Shown here piece after piece: positions 9,057 through 18,962 of a stretch of DNA of 64,000 bases. Each line of letters opens with the position of its first letter. The stretch's first letter is position 1. The stretch covers positions 12,995 to 76,994 of the forward strand of contig JAEYOM010000076.1 of the NCBI GenBank assembly GCA_023411715.1. The letters are read 5' to 3'. The notes below the pieces were generated by a model. It was not told the DNA's origin and did not search any database. It worked only from the letters and a program-made list of their open reading frames with translations. Made by a program: the position numbers and the translations under genes. The stretch is from Bacillota bacterium. Lineage in GTDB: Bacteria; Bacillota; Clostridia; Acetivibrionales; DTU013.

Positions 9057-10049
9057 TTACAAAACTTTGTATAATTCATCAGCCTCAGGCGGTGCAATCG
9101 GTTCCATTCTCCCGCCGCCGGCCAGGAATTTTTCTCCCGTTCCGTTCAGCCTGCCAATGACCGCCGCGTCAATTCCTTCACTCTTTAGCTTGTCGGCCAG
9201 TCCCTTTCCGTCCCGCGCCGCTATAAGCATGCAGCCGCTGGAGATCAATCTGTACGGATCAATATTATAATATTCACATATCCTTCGAGTTGATAACATA
9301 ACAGGTATCTGTTCTATGTAAACTTCAGCGCCCTTTCCCGAGGCTTCGCAAATTTCCCATACGGCCCCGAGTATCCCGCCTTCCGTAACGTCGTGCATCG
9401 CGTGCGCACCGTACTTTGCAGCAGCAAGCCCGTCTCTCACAACGCTTATGTCGTTCATGAACGCTTTAGCTTCCTCGACAGCCTGAGCACTCAATACCGC
9501 CTTCAGCTCCGTTTCCCTTTCATGCGCTATAATGGACGCGCCCTCAAGCCCTGCATGCTTCGTTATGACCAGATCGTCCCCGTCTTTTGCGCCGGCGGCA
9601 ACGATCATACTGCCCCTGACACAGCGACCGACAGCGGTACAGGAGATGACGAAACGTGTGACAGCCGTTGTCACTTCCGTATGTCCGCCGAGAAGATCTA
9701 CATTTATGGATGCTGCGGCATCCGCCAGCTGGTCCATTATATTTTCAAGCTCTTTTTCCGTCGAACCGGGCGGACAAAGAATCGTAGTCATTAGACCCAG
9801 TGGCTCGACACCGCACGAGGCAATATCATTGCAGCTTACATGCACGGCAAGCCTGCCTATTTCTTTAGCTGTTCCTGTTATAGGATCGCTGGAAAGCACG
9901 CAGGTATACTTTCCAAAATCAACTGCGGAACAATCCATGCCGACACCGGGACGTACGATCACTTCGCTTCTGATATTCCGTATCTTGCCGATCACAATTT
10001 TTTCAAGCACATCGTTAGGTAATTTGCCTGTTTTCATCCGACCATCCAT
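9057..10049 (-). CDS. AIR-synthase-related (PurM/ThiL/HypE/SelD superfamily) protein, function unknown
   Basis: About 330 aa with a PurM-like N/C domain layout (GMDCSAVD, LSSDPITG, GGHTEV). ATG 10049 overlaps the DUF2225 stop (TGATG), with AGGTGGGG upstream. Confidence 0.7.
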   Translation of the reverse strand: MDGRMKTGKLPNDVLEKIVIGKIRNIRSEVIVRPGVGMDCSAVDFGKYTCVLSSDPITGTAKEIGRLAVHVSCNDIASCGVEPLGLMTTILCPPGSTEKELENIMDQLADAAASINVDLLGGHTEVTTAVTRFVISCTAVGRCVRGSMIVAAGAKDGDDLVITKHAGLEGASIIAHERETELKAVLSAQAVEEAKAFMNDISVVRDGLAAAKYGAHAMHDVTEGGILGAVWEICEASGKGAEVYIEQIPVMLSTRRICEYYNIDPYRLISSGCMLIAARDGKGLADKLKSEGIDAAVIGRLNGTGEKFLAGGGRMEPIAPPEADELYKVL

Positions 10050-10747
10050 CAATCAGCCCCACCTGCTGCTTCTGCCACGCTGCCCAGCTTTTCCTTCACC
10101 AGCTGGAATTCATCCCTTGCGGCTTCTATTAGAGTCGGGTTTCTTCTAGCGTCCGGCGAACTTATCAGCCTGCTGAACCATTTAACGGCATCATCGAGAT
10201 TACCTGCCCTGTAGTTCAATTCACCGATCATATACATGCAGGTATTCTCATCGAGCTTGTCCGCCGGGAATCTTTCCTTCTCGTAGGTTTCCGTATAATA
10301 TCTGAGCGCATATTTGATAAACTCATGCTCTTTTTCATCGTTCTTTATTCTGTAGAGCCATGCGATCCTCATACAGATCTTCGCGAGCTCGCTCGCTTTT
10401 GCACCGCGGGCCTCGTGGTTTATAAGCACGAGCTTGAAGGCTTCCAACGCGGTATCCACTGACCTTTCGCCGCTGAATGCCCTCTTTTTCCATCTCGGCG
10501 TTATCTTGGAGTTTACTGTATTTGCTTCCTTGACAGGTATATCGAGGAATTTTTCCGACTGGGCCGCATACCCGCAGTTTTCGCATACCCAGACATCATA
10601 AAAAATCGGATTCAAATCTTCGTAATAAATGCAAAAATCCGTATCCCGGCTTTTTACTTTACAACCCCTTGTCTTTACCTTCGTGACGTTGAATTTATTT
10701 GTACAGACCGGGCAGACAATTTCCTTATTGTAAAGATTCTCGTTCAT
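10049..10747 (-). CDS. DUF2225-like zinc-ribbon/helical-repeat protein
   Basis: N-terminal CPVC...CENC zinc ribbon followed by a helical TPR-like C-terminal part. Matches the DUF2225 architecture as I recall it. Confidence 0.65.
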   Translation of the reverse strand: MNENLYNKEIVCPVCTNKFNVTKVKTRGCKVKSRDTDFCIYYEDLNPIFYDVWVCENCGYAAQSEKFLDIPVKEANTVNSKITPRWKKRAFSGERSVDTALEAFKLVLINHEARGAKASELAKICMRIAWLYRIKNDEKEHEFIKYALRYYTETYEKERFPADKLDENTCMYMIGELNYRAGNLDDAVKWFSRLISSPDARRNPTLIEAARDEFQLVKEKLGSVAEAAGGAD

Positions 10748-10792
10748 TTTGACCCCTCGTTTTCTTACGTTTTTTTTATTTATATAATAGCA

Positions 10793-12187
10793 TCAACCGC
10801 TGATACTTGACTGACTCAACCGATACTGGTCGCTGCTGACCCTGATTATCCCCTGGATCGGCTTGTAATAATCTTCCGAAAGCTTTTCTCTCCATTCTAG
10901 ACTGCCGTTTTTGTATGCTTCCCTATACACTATAACCCTGACTCCCCTGACCGCTTTTCGCTCCACTACCTTCTGTCCGTACGGCAGTGTGTAATCAAGT
11001 ACTATCTCATCGGGCTTTGGCTTATAAACTCCGATAGTCTGAGTTTTTAATTTTATTACCAGTCCGTCGTCCCTTTTTTTGCCCAGCATGCTGATATACA
11101 GCCTGCTTCCGCTTACGTATGCCTTAAGAACGACCGGATACCCGGAATCATTTACAAACCTGAAATCTATTGAGTTTTCATTGATCGTAGCATCTCTTCC
11201 GGGGCTAATATATGTCAGCGGTATGGAATGATGCGTGCGTTCAATCACATCGAGACCTGCAAGCAGCACCGTATTGTATAATGTCGAAGATACCTGACAG
11301 ACACCTCCGCCTGTTCCCGGGACCAGCTCATTCTTAAAAATGATCGGGGCTTCCTTATAACCGTTATCCCGTGTTCTGGGCCCTAATATACCGTTCATCG
11401 AAAACGATTCCCCGGGCAGTAAAATCCTGTTGTTGATCCTGCTGCAAGCCAGTTTGATATTATCGGTCCTGTTGGTATCGTTTCTGTTGAATTGGGTACT
11501 GAAGCTCGATATGACTCCGTTGACCGCACTCAATTCATCATAGGTAAGACGGGGTTTACGCTCGTCCACCTGTAATTCGATACTTCCGAAAATACCCTTA
11601 CTTAATTGATTTTCTACCAATTCGATATTTCTGTCAATATCCAGGTCCCTGTAGTTAGATCCCTTTTTAATGCTTATTTTGCCCGCTTCGTATATAATTT
11701 CGGCATCTTTGGGTTTAGTATCTATCTCTTTTTTTATTTTGTGAAAAATAGACAGAAGCCGGTCACTGTCGTAACCTTCTCCTATGGTTATCTGGTGCCC
11801 GCTGTTTGCCAAAACCAGCGAATTATATACCTTTCTGAATAAGCCGCCTTCCCTGCCGATATAATATGCCTGCTGCACAGCATCGTCTATATCGTAATGG
11901 TATCCTATATCTTCAGGTGTTATCGTCCATACGCGATCACCGTACGAAAGCGTAATACGGCGGTCACCGCCGGCCTTGGCATGCTCCTCCGCCAGCATCT
12001 GCCTGGCATCCTGCGCAGTCATCCATGAAACATCCGTTTGTCCGATATGAACACCCTTTCTGATTGTGTCACCTGTGTATATTTGCGAAAGTATCAGCAT
12101 GGCTGCGGCGCATAGGGCAACAACGACAGCTAAACTGATGACGAAGACTTTAAGACCTTTTTTCATTGTATCAGACACCAGCAACAA
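10793..12187 (-). CDS. VanW/YoaR-family protein with N-terminal membrane anchor
   Basis: TM helix LKVFVISLAVVVALCAAAML and VanW core GGGVCQVSSTLYNTVLLAG. Start uncertain (TTG 12187, GTG 12178 or ATG 12166). Confidence 0.8.
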   Translation of the reverse strand: MLLVSDTMKKGLKVFVISLAVVVALCAAAMLILSQIYTGDTIRKGVHIGQTDVSWMTAQDARQMLAEEHAKAGGDRRITLSYGDRVWTITPEDIGYHYDIDDAVQQAYYIGREGGLFRKVYNSLVLANSGHQITIGEGYDSDRLLSIFHKIKKEIDTKPKDAEIIYEAGKISIKKGSNYRDLDIDRNIELVENQLSKGIFGSIELQVDERKPRLTYDELSAVNGVISSFSTQFNRNDTNRTDNIKLACSRINNRILLPGESFSMNGILGPRTRDNGYKEAPIIFKNELVPGTGGGVCQVSSTLYNTVLLAGLDVIERTHHSIPLTYISPGRDATINENSIDFRFVNDSGYPVVLKAYVSGSRLYISMLGKKRDDGLVIKLKTQTIGVYKPKPDEIVLDYTLPYGQKVVERKAVRGVRVIVYREAYKNGSLEWREKLSEDYYKPIQGIIRVSSDQYRLSQSSISG

Positions 12188-12254
12188 CCTCTTTCAGAAA
12201 TATTCCTTATTTATTATATTGTTGACTGGAGTGCCTGTATTACATGTATGGTAA

Positions 12255-13448
12255 TTACTCGGTTACGAGTATAGTTTCGGTATCATTGATAGCTTTCTCC
12301 ATCATTTCCTCGATCTGGAGAGCCTCCTCATATTTTTCGACTTCTCCGAGCTTTGGCCTCGTCTTCGGATGTTTTGCGACAAAAACCGTGCAACAGTCTT
12401 CATAAGGCAATATCGAGGTCTCGAACGTATCTATTCTTCTTGCGATATCTATTACCTCGTTCTTGTCCATACCGATCAGGGGCCTGAATACAGGCAGCTC
12501 GCATACCGCATTCGTGACAGCTAGGCTGTGCAGCGTTTGGCTTGCAACCTGTCCAAGGCTTTCGCCCGTTATCAGCGCCAATGCCCCGCTCTTCACGGCT
12601 ACCCTTTCGGCGATCTTCATCATGACCCTGCGCATTATAATGGTAAGGTGGTCCTCGGGACACTTATCGTTGATTTCCAGCTGTATCTCCGTAAACGGAA
12701 CAATATGGAGCTTGATTCGGTAACAATAACGGGACAGTATCTTTGCAAGCTCGATCACCTTATCCTTTGCTCTCTCGCTCGTATACGGATAGCTGTAAAA
12801 ATGGACCGCCTCCAGCTCCATTCCGCGTTTTGCCATCATCCAACCGGCCACAGGACTGTCAATGCCTCCCGAAAGCAGCAGGACCGCTTTTCCGTTCGTT
12901 CCGGTCGGAAGGCCCCCGTTCGAAGGGATGATATCACAATATATATATGTACTTTCACGAACTTCAACGTAAAAAATAAAGTCGGGATGGTGTACATCGA
13001 CCTTGAGTACGGGAATGTTCTCGAGCAGGTAACCTCCGAGCTCGGCGCTGATTTCCGGCGACTGCATCGGAAAATGCTTGTCTCCTCTCTTTGCTTCCAC
13101 CTTGAACGCGATAGTCCCGCTCTTACCTTTCTTTATCAGTGAATCAACGTACTCCCTTGCCAACGAAAGCGAGCGCTTTGTGATCTCGTCGAAATCGGAC
13201 GGGAGCTTGCGCGCGATACTTAGTGAAACGATCCCGAAAACCTTTACCAGCCTCGCGACAGCTTCGTCGTAATCGAAGCTTTCCTCATGCGGCTCTATGT
13301 ATATCCTTGCCTGAGAACGTTTTATATCGACTTTGCCAAGACCATACAATGACTTTTTTATGTTGTTCATCAGCTTTTCTTCGAAAACCGGTCTGTTGAG
13401 CCCTTTTAATATGATCTCGCCGTACCTTACAAGAATAACCTTATCCAT
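12255..13448 (-). CDS. thiI: tRNA 4-thiouridine synthase ThiI
   Basis: THUMP region plus PP-loop SGGIDSPVA. Start set to ATG 13448 (MDKVILVRYGEI) behind AAGGAGG. Confidence 0.92.
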   Translation of the reverse strand: MDKVILVRYGEIILKGLNRPVFEEKLMNNIKKSLYGLGKVDIKRSQARIYIEPHEESFDYDEAVARLVKVFGIVSLSIARKLPSDFDEITKRSLSLAREYVDSLIKKGKSGTIAFKVEAKRGDKHFPMQSPEISAELGGYLLENIPVLKVDVHHPDFIFYVEVRESTYIYCDIIPSNGGLPTGTNGKAVLLLSGGIDSPVAGWMMAKRGMELEAVHFYSYPYTSERAKDKVIELAKILSRYCYRIKLHIVPFTEIQLEINDKCPEDHLTIIMRRVMMKIAERVAVKSGALALITGESLGQVASQTLHSLAVTNAVCELPVFRPLIGMDKNEVIDIARRIDTFETSILPYEDCCTVFVAKHPKTRPKLGEVEKYEEALQIEEMMEKAINDTETILVTE

Positions 13449-13501
13449 TACATCCTCCTTTGGATGTTTACATGAAATGCGCGCCATTGGCGATAAACAT
13501 C

Positions 13502-14668
13502 CTACCTAATTTTATATCTCCTATTGATGTCGATGATCGGAATTATCTCTTTTAACGCATCGACAGTCTGATCAATTTCATCCTGTGTATTTAGTCCCGA
13601 AAGGCTGAACCTGATCGCGCCGTCAGTCAGAGCAGCCGGAACGCCCATAGCTGTAAGCACATGGCTTCTAGTATTCTTATGGGAGGAGCAGGCTGAGCCC
13701 GTCGATACGAATATTCCCTTCTGCTCAAGATGGTGCAGCAGTACTTCTGCCCTGACATTTGCAAATGAGATGTTTATGACATAGGGAGAGGCATTTTCAG
13801 GGGAATTTACGCGATGCTCGATTCCGGAACCGGCAAGCGTTTCGATGAAGCGCTTCTTTAAATTGCAAACTTCATCGTAATTGGCTTCCAGTTTTTCGAA
13901 CGTCATTTTTGCAGCAAGCCCGAAGCCTGCAATGCCGGGCACATTTTCCGTACCTGAGCGCATAAGGGCCTCCTGTCCGCCCCCGTAAAACAGCGGTTTT
14001 ATCCTGATACCGCGCGATACGTATAAAGCGCCCACACCCTTTGGTCCATGTATTTTATGTGAGCTTAACGACATAAGCCCGATCCCTGATTTCCCGGGCA
14101 GGACCCTTATCTTGCCGTATGCCTGTACGGCATCAGCATGTATAACTGCCTGCGGGTTCAATTCGTCGCGTATCGCCGCTATCTTATCCAGCTGCTGTAT
14201 AGTGCCGGTTTCGTTATTTACAAGTATCAGGCTGATTAAAGCAGTCTCGTCAGTTAATCTGTTTCTCAGTTCCTGAAGGTCGATCAGTCCTTTTTCATCG
14301 ACGCCTATATAGTCTACGCTGTAACCCTGCTCATCAAGACGGCGATATGTTTCCATTACCGACGGATGCTCAATCCTGGTAGTGATGATGTGCTTTCCCT
14401 TTCTCGGATTAGCGTCAAGGTAGCCTCTTACAGCCAGGTTATTCGATTCGGTACCGCCTGAAGTAAAGTATATTTCCCTGGGTTCGGCCCCCAAGGAATC
14501 AGCGATTTGCTTCCTTGCCGAGCTGACAAGCTTTTCTGCTTCTATCCCTTTTATATGAAGCGACGAAGGGTTGCCGTACTTGTTTCCCGCAGCATCGGCC
14601 ATTAATGCTGTCACGTCGTCATATTGTCTTGTTGTTGCACTGTTGTCCAGGTATATTTCCTTTTGCAT
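13502..14668 (-). CDS. Cysteine desulfurase (second copy, ThiI-partner NifZ/IscS-like)
   Basis: PLP-Lys motif SSHKIHGPKG and active-site STGSACSS. Directly upstream of thiI. Start set to ATG 14668 (GGAGCGAAGG upstream). Confidence 0.9.
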   Translation of the reverse strand: MQKEIYLDNSATTRQYDDVTALMADAAGNKYGNPSSLHIKGIEAEKLVSSARKQIADSLGAEPREIYFTSGGTESNNLAVRGYLDANPRKGKHIITTRIEHPSVMETYRRLDEQGYSVDYIGVDEKGLIDLQELRNRLTDETALISLILVNNETGTIQQLDKIAAIRDELNPQAVIHADAVQAYGKIRVLPGKSGIGLMSLSSHKIHGPKGVGALYVSRGIRIKPLFYGGGQEALMRSGTENVPGIAGFGLAAKMTFEKLEANYDEVCNLKKRFIETLAGSGIEHRVNSPENASPYVINISFANVRAEVLLHHLEQKGIFVSTGSACSSHKNTRSHVLTAMGVPAALTDGAIRFSLSGLNTQDEIDQTVDALKEIIPIIDINRRYKIR

Positions 14669-14761
14669 TTGATTTACCTTCGCTCCGATCACAGTCGCCC
14701 CGTTCCCTTCCTTCGAGGGATAGCGGGCAGCTCATTACCGACAATGAATATTATGTTATAT

Positions 14762-14785
14762 TATACCATGATCTATCATGGTATA
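14762..14785. promoter_or_regulatory. Perfect 11-bp-arm inverted repeat carrying back-to-back extended -10 elements
   Basis: TATACCATGAT-ct-ATCATGGTATA. Each arm contributes TGGTATAAT, on the plus strand at 14779-14787 and on the minus strand as the reverse complement of 14760-14768. Confidence 0.5.
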
Positions 14786-14858
14786 ATTGCGCATCGCCGT
14801 TTGCCATCAATATATTCAAAGGCAAATTATCGGCGGCGCATAAATTCCGCCGGAGGCG

Positions 14859-14889
14859 TATAATAGCCTTACCTCGTAAGGCTATTATA
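14859..14889. promoter_or_regulatory. Second palindrome (13-bp arms) with a third ATGGTATAAT copy
   Basis: TATAATAGCCTTA-cctcg-TAAGGCTATTATA. On the minus strand, the reverse complement of 14884-14893 again reads ATGGTATAAT. Confidence 0.4.
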
Positions 14890-14988
14890 CCATATTTCCC
14901 CTCAGTTGTTGCAGTTATTCATTTCATTATGGTAGAATTATGATGAATTATGTAATGTTATGAAATAAATTTTAATGTGAGGATTAAA

Positions 14989-16776
14989 ATGATAAAAAAA
15001 TATATAAGCGTGATCTGTTGTTTTGTATTATGTGTCTTTGTTTTAGGTTTCTCCGCGTCAACTTATTCGGGGTATTTGGCGCAAAGCGCTCCTGTTTCTT
15101 CTGATCAGCCGTTTTCAGATGTTCCGGGAAACAGCCCTTATTTTAATGATATCGCCGAGCTCCGAAGTCTTGGCATTACGGACGGGATAGGAAACAACCG
15201 GTTCGGTTACGGCAAGACCATATCAAGGGGCGAATTCCTGACTCTGCTTGTCAAGCTTATGGACTGGAAACAGGTGAACCCTAAAAAAGGTTCATTTACG
15301 GACAATCAGGATTCCAAAAAAACCTGGTACATATCTGTAGAAACAGCGCTGGCAAATGGCGTTATCACAAAAAGCTCTGCGCGCATAAGGCCCACTGATC
15401 CTATTACACGCGAAGAAGCAACGGTTATGGCAGTGAATTCACTTGGCTGGGGAAACCTTGCAGGGAAGCTGTCCTACCTCGGAACCTTATACAAGGACGT
15501 CAAAACAAATCTGGGCTATATAACGATGGCCCGGGATTTCGGTATTATCGATCCTACCAATTACTTGAATCCTTCGGGAAAGCTTCTGAAGGAGCAGGCC
15601 GCACAAATGCTGATAAGGATACATAATGCTCGTCTCAGGCCTTTAAAGGATCTAAACGCCTTCTACGCCATCAGCTCCTCCTCACAGCAGGACAAGATAC
15701 CTGAGCTTACATCTTTAGGGTTTGGCTGGAGCGCTCTCAGTTACGATGCCAAAAGCAAACATGTGGTTATAAACACCTCACATAATGCTATGGGATATAA
15801 CGACTATTATCTGCCGACAGGCTTTTCCGAGCGCCTGACGTTCGCCAAGGAGTCCGGCGTGCCCGCAATGCTGATGCTTTATGCAACTCAGGATAATAAA
15901 ATGACCGATCCTGTAACCGGCGCTAAAACAGGCATACCCGAATATATCCTGACCAATGCCCAGGAGCGCAGTTCAGTCATTTCCGAAATCGCGGCTTCGG
16001 TGAAAGAAATAGCAAACGGCAGCGAAACAGGAACCTTTGACGGTGTAGTCATAGATTTCGAAGGCCTGCGCGGAGATAAGCTCAAAAAAGCCTTTAATAA
16101 TTTTTTAAAGGAACTTAAAACAGAACTCGATAAGGACGGTAAAAAGCTTTATGTGGCAGTCCAGCCGCTTATCAACAAAAAATACAGCTCCTCCTGTTTC
16201 GACGGTTATGATTACAGAACGATAGGTACGTATGCCGACAAAGTCATCCTGATGGCGCATGATTTTGGAGCTAAGAAGCTTTCAGCGGCCGATATGGCAA
16301 GGGGCTTCGTTTTAACTCCTCCCACGCCTATCGAAAGCATTTATTATGCGCTTGAAAAAATCACGGATGCAAAGACCGGCGTTCAGGACAAAAGCAGGAT
16401 AATGCTGCAGATATCCTTCGACTGGACCGTCTGGCAGAGAAAGAACGGAAAGACGATCAACTCGGCGGCGGAAAAATTTAACCTGGAAAACTTCATGGAT
16501 TTGTTGAATACAAATAAAAAAATTACATACCTTTATGCAAAGGATTATGAAAATCCGTATATTAAATACATAGATGCAAAAACGGGTTATGAAAACACGG
16601 TATGGTATGAAAACTCTGTAAGCGTTATGAAGAAGGCCGACCTTGCCAGGCTTTTCGGCATACAGGGTATTTCATTGTGGCGGCTTGGCACGATACCGGA
16701 TTATCAGCCCGCCGATGGTAAAGACTTTGATATGGATGTATGGCAAAGCATACTTGATGAAGTGGAGAAAGATTAG
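14989..16776 (+). CDS. Secreted SLH-domain protein with GH18 (chitinase/YaaH-like) catalytic domain
   Basis: Signal peptide, SLH-like N-terminal repeats (FSDVPGNSPYFNDIAEL), and GH18 DxxDxDxE motif FDGVVIDFEG. ATG 14989 behind GAGGA. Confidence 0.8.
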   Translation: MIKKYISVICCFVLCVFVLGFSASTYSGYLAQSAPVSSDQPFSDVPGNSPYFNDIAELRSLGITDGIGNNRFGYGKTISRGEFLTLLVKLMDWKQVNPKKGSFTDNQDSKKTWYISVETALANGVITKSSARIRPTDPITREEATVMAVNSLGWGNLAGKLSYLGTLYKDVKTNLGYITMARDFGIIDPTNYLNPSGKLLKEQAAQMLIRIHNARLRPLKDLNAFYAISSSSQQDKIPELTSLGFGWSALSYDAKSKHVVINTSHNAMGYNDYYLPTGFSERLTFAKESGVPAMLMLYATQDNKMTDPVTGAKTGIPEYILTNAQERSSVISEIAASVKEIANGSETGTFDGVVIDFEGLRGDKLKKAFNNFLKELKTELDKDGKKLYVAVQPLINKKYSSSCFDGYDYRTIGTYADKVILMAHDFGAKKLSAADMARGFVLTPPTPIESIYYALEKITDAKTGVQDKSRIMLQISFDWTVWQRKNGKTINSAAEKFNLENFMDLLNTNKKITYLYAKDYENPYIKYIDAKTGYENTVWYENSVSVMKKADLARLFGIQGISLWRLGTIPDYQPADGKDFDMDVWQSILDEVEKD

Positions 16777-18612
16777 TTGAAAGCAGGTTATCTTTCGATC
16801 AAAATAATGAATTGGTTCAACCGGCTGTTTCAGAGGGAATTGTTTGTCTACGGCGCAGTGGTTCTTGCTGCAGGCATTGCATATTGCGACAGCTTCTTTG
16901 TTCCGTTTCTGCTCGATGATTTCGGTTCTATCTCCAACAACTACTCCATACACAGGTTGTTCGATTTTCCCGGCATGTGGCAATTTTACTCAAACAGGAT
17001 TGTACTTTATTTCACTTTATCGATAAATTACGCCATACACGGTACCTGCGAAGGCGGCTATCACGCAGTCAATCTTTTAATACACGCACTTAACGGGATC
17101 CTGTTCTATATGATCCTCAAAAAGCTGTTCGCCCTTCCATATTTTAAGGGAAAGCTGATTTCAAGGTATTCCAGCGTTATTTCCACATTTGCCGCGGTAT
17201 TGTTCGTTACCCACCCCTTGCAGATCAACGCCGTAACTTACATAATACAGAGAACCGCTTCGCTTGCAGCGACGTTTTATCTATTGGCTATCCTGTTTTT
17301 CCTTGAGTACAGGGTCAAAAACAAGTGGTATCATTTACTGCTGACTGTTCTGTTCACCGTAATAGCCATGTTTACAAAGGAAAATACGATCACGATACCT
17401 TTCATGCTCCTGCTTATCGAAGTGATGTTTTTCCTCAAGGATGGGAAAACCACCTGGAGAAAAAGAATTCTTGTTTTCCTGTTGATTTTTGCCACAGTGC
17501 CTATAATACCCGGTACGAATCTACTGTTTCACGGATACAGCCAGAGTGACCCGAACGTGAACTTCAAGGCCAGCACTTCCATGGACCGGTTCCAATATTT
17601 CTACACCCAGCTTAACGTCATACTTTTGTACATACGACTCCTTTTCGTGCCGCTGGGCCAGGTTTTCGACTACAGCAACGATTATCCGATATCCGTTACC
17701 ATTTGGGATAATCAATCGTACATATCACTGGTTGTCCTTTTGCTCGCAGCCGCGTTTGCCGTATATACATGGAAAAGAAACCGACTCGTATCGTTCGGCA
17801 TACTTTGGTTCTTCATCGGCCTCGCAGTGGAATCGAGCTTCATATCCATCAAGGATGTTTACTTCGAGCACAGGCTTTATTTCCCTCTTGCCGGTTTTAT
17901 AATGTTTCTTACAGGTATGATAACTTACGAACGAAAGCGTAGATTCCGGCACATCCAGCTCATCAGGAAGACAATACTTAAAAATCCTGTCGCTTGGCTG
18001 CTTGTATTGTTTCTATGCCTTACTCCCGTATATATCGGACTTACGATTTACAGAAACTATATATACGGGACTTCGATACGTCTCTGGAGCGATACCGTAA
18101 AAAAGGCTCCAGGCAGCGACAGGGCTCATAATTCACTGGCCACAGGCTACCTTAACGGATATGATGAAAAAAAGATGAACACGGAATATCTGGACCTTGC
18201 TGAAATCGAGTATAAAAAAGCAATATCCATGAATAATGCGAACAGCACGGCCCACACTAACCTTTCAAAGGTATACCTTCTTAAAAAGGATTATGATAAT
18301 TGCATTTCCGAGGCGAATAAGGCATTGATGTTTTCGAAATCAGAGTATGCTGAATTCAATCTTGGCTCCGCATACGAAAAGCTCGGCAGAAAGGACGATG
18401 CATTGAAAGCGTTCCTGAAAGGCTACGAATTCAATAAACACAGTTCATTTATCGTTAAGGCTGTTGCAGATACGTATTATGATATGAAAGATTACCGTAA
18501 TGCTAAGAAATACTATAAAGAATATATTGAGCTCAACAATAAGTCAAAGAATACAAGTATTAAAAAACGTTTGGAAGAGATAGAAAGCAACCTGAGTCTA
18601 AGCACAAAATAG
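16777..18612 (+). CDS. Polytopic membrane protein (PMT_2/DUF1736-like glycosyltransferase fold) with C-terminal TPR repeats
   Basis: About 10 predicted TM helices in the first ~420 aa, then TPR-like repeats. TTG 16777 abuts the GH18 stop (GGAGAAAG upstream); ATG 16807 is the alternative. Confidence 0.65.
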   Translation: MKAGYLSIKIMNWFNRLFQRELFVYGAVVLAAGIAYCDSFFVPFLLDDFGSISNNYSIHRLFDFPGMWQFYSNRIVLYFTLSINYAIHGTCEGGYHAVNLLIHALNGILFYMILKKLFALPYFKGKLISRYSSVISTFAAVLFVTHPLQINAVTYIIQRTASLAATFYLLAILFFLEYRVKNKWYHLLLTVLFTVIAMFTKENTITIPFMLLLIEVMFFLKDGKTTWRKRILVFLLIFATVPIIPGTNLLFHGYSQSDPNVNFKASTSMDRFQYFYTQLNVILLYIRLLFVPLGQVFDYSNDYPISVTIWDNQSYISLVVLLLAAAFAVYTWKRNRLVSFGILWFFIGLAVESSFISIKDVYFEHRLYFPLAGFIMFLTGMITYERKRRFRHIQLIRKTILKNPVAWLLVLFLCLTPVYIGLTIYRNYIYGTSIRLWSDTVKKAPGSDRAHNSLATGYLNGYDEKKMNTEYLDLAEIEYKKAISMNNANSTAHTNLSKVYLLKKDYDNCISEANKALMFSKSEYAEFNLGSAYEKLGRKDDALKAFLKGYEFNKHSSFIVKAVADTYYDMKDYRNAKKYYKEYIELNNKSKNTSIKKRLEEIESNLSLSTK

Positions 18613-18639
18613 GCTTCAAGGCTTCAAGGCTTCAAGCTT
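18612..18639. repeat. 8-nt microsatellite (GGCTTCAA)x3.5
   Basis: ggcttcaa ggcttcaa ggcttcaa gctt, immediately after the TPR-protein stop, between convergent genes. Confidence 0.9.
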
Positions 18640-18662
18640 TATATTTCTTTCTACACTGCCGT

Positions 18663-18947
18663 TCAAACAGGCATTTTCAGGACATCACCCTCATATATGA
18701 CGCTATCATCGATATTATTCGCTTTTTTAACCTCTTTTATATAAACGCGCAGGTCTTTTCCGTTATTGTATTCCCTCGCAATATCCCAAAGTGTATCTCC
18801 CCGCTCTACTACCACCGTCCTGTACGTTTCCGCAGTATCGGCTCCCTGTACCGTGGCGGCAAACGTAAGCGAAGTTACGGCAATAGTGACCAGTATAACA
18901 AATATGTAGAATCTCCTGCGATTTACCAATTTGAATTTTCTGTTCAT
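18663..18947 (-). CDS. yneA: LysM-domain membrane protein, YneA-like SOS cell-division inhibitor candidate
   Basis: 94 aa with an N-terminal TM helix and C-terminal LysM (VVVERGDTLWDIAREY...GDVLKMP). Divergent from lexA with LexA boxes in its promoter. The symbol is by analogy to B. subtilis. Confidence 0.7.
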   Translation of the reverse strand: MNRKFKLVNRRRFYIFVILVTIAVTSLTFAATVQGADTAETYRTVVVERGDTLWDIAREYNNGKDLRVYIKEVKKANNIDDSVIYEGDVLKMPV

Positions 18948-18962
18948 AATGAAGCCTCCTAC

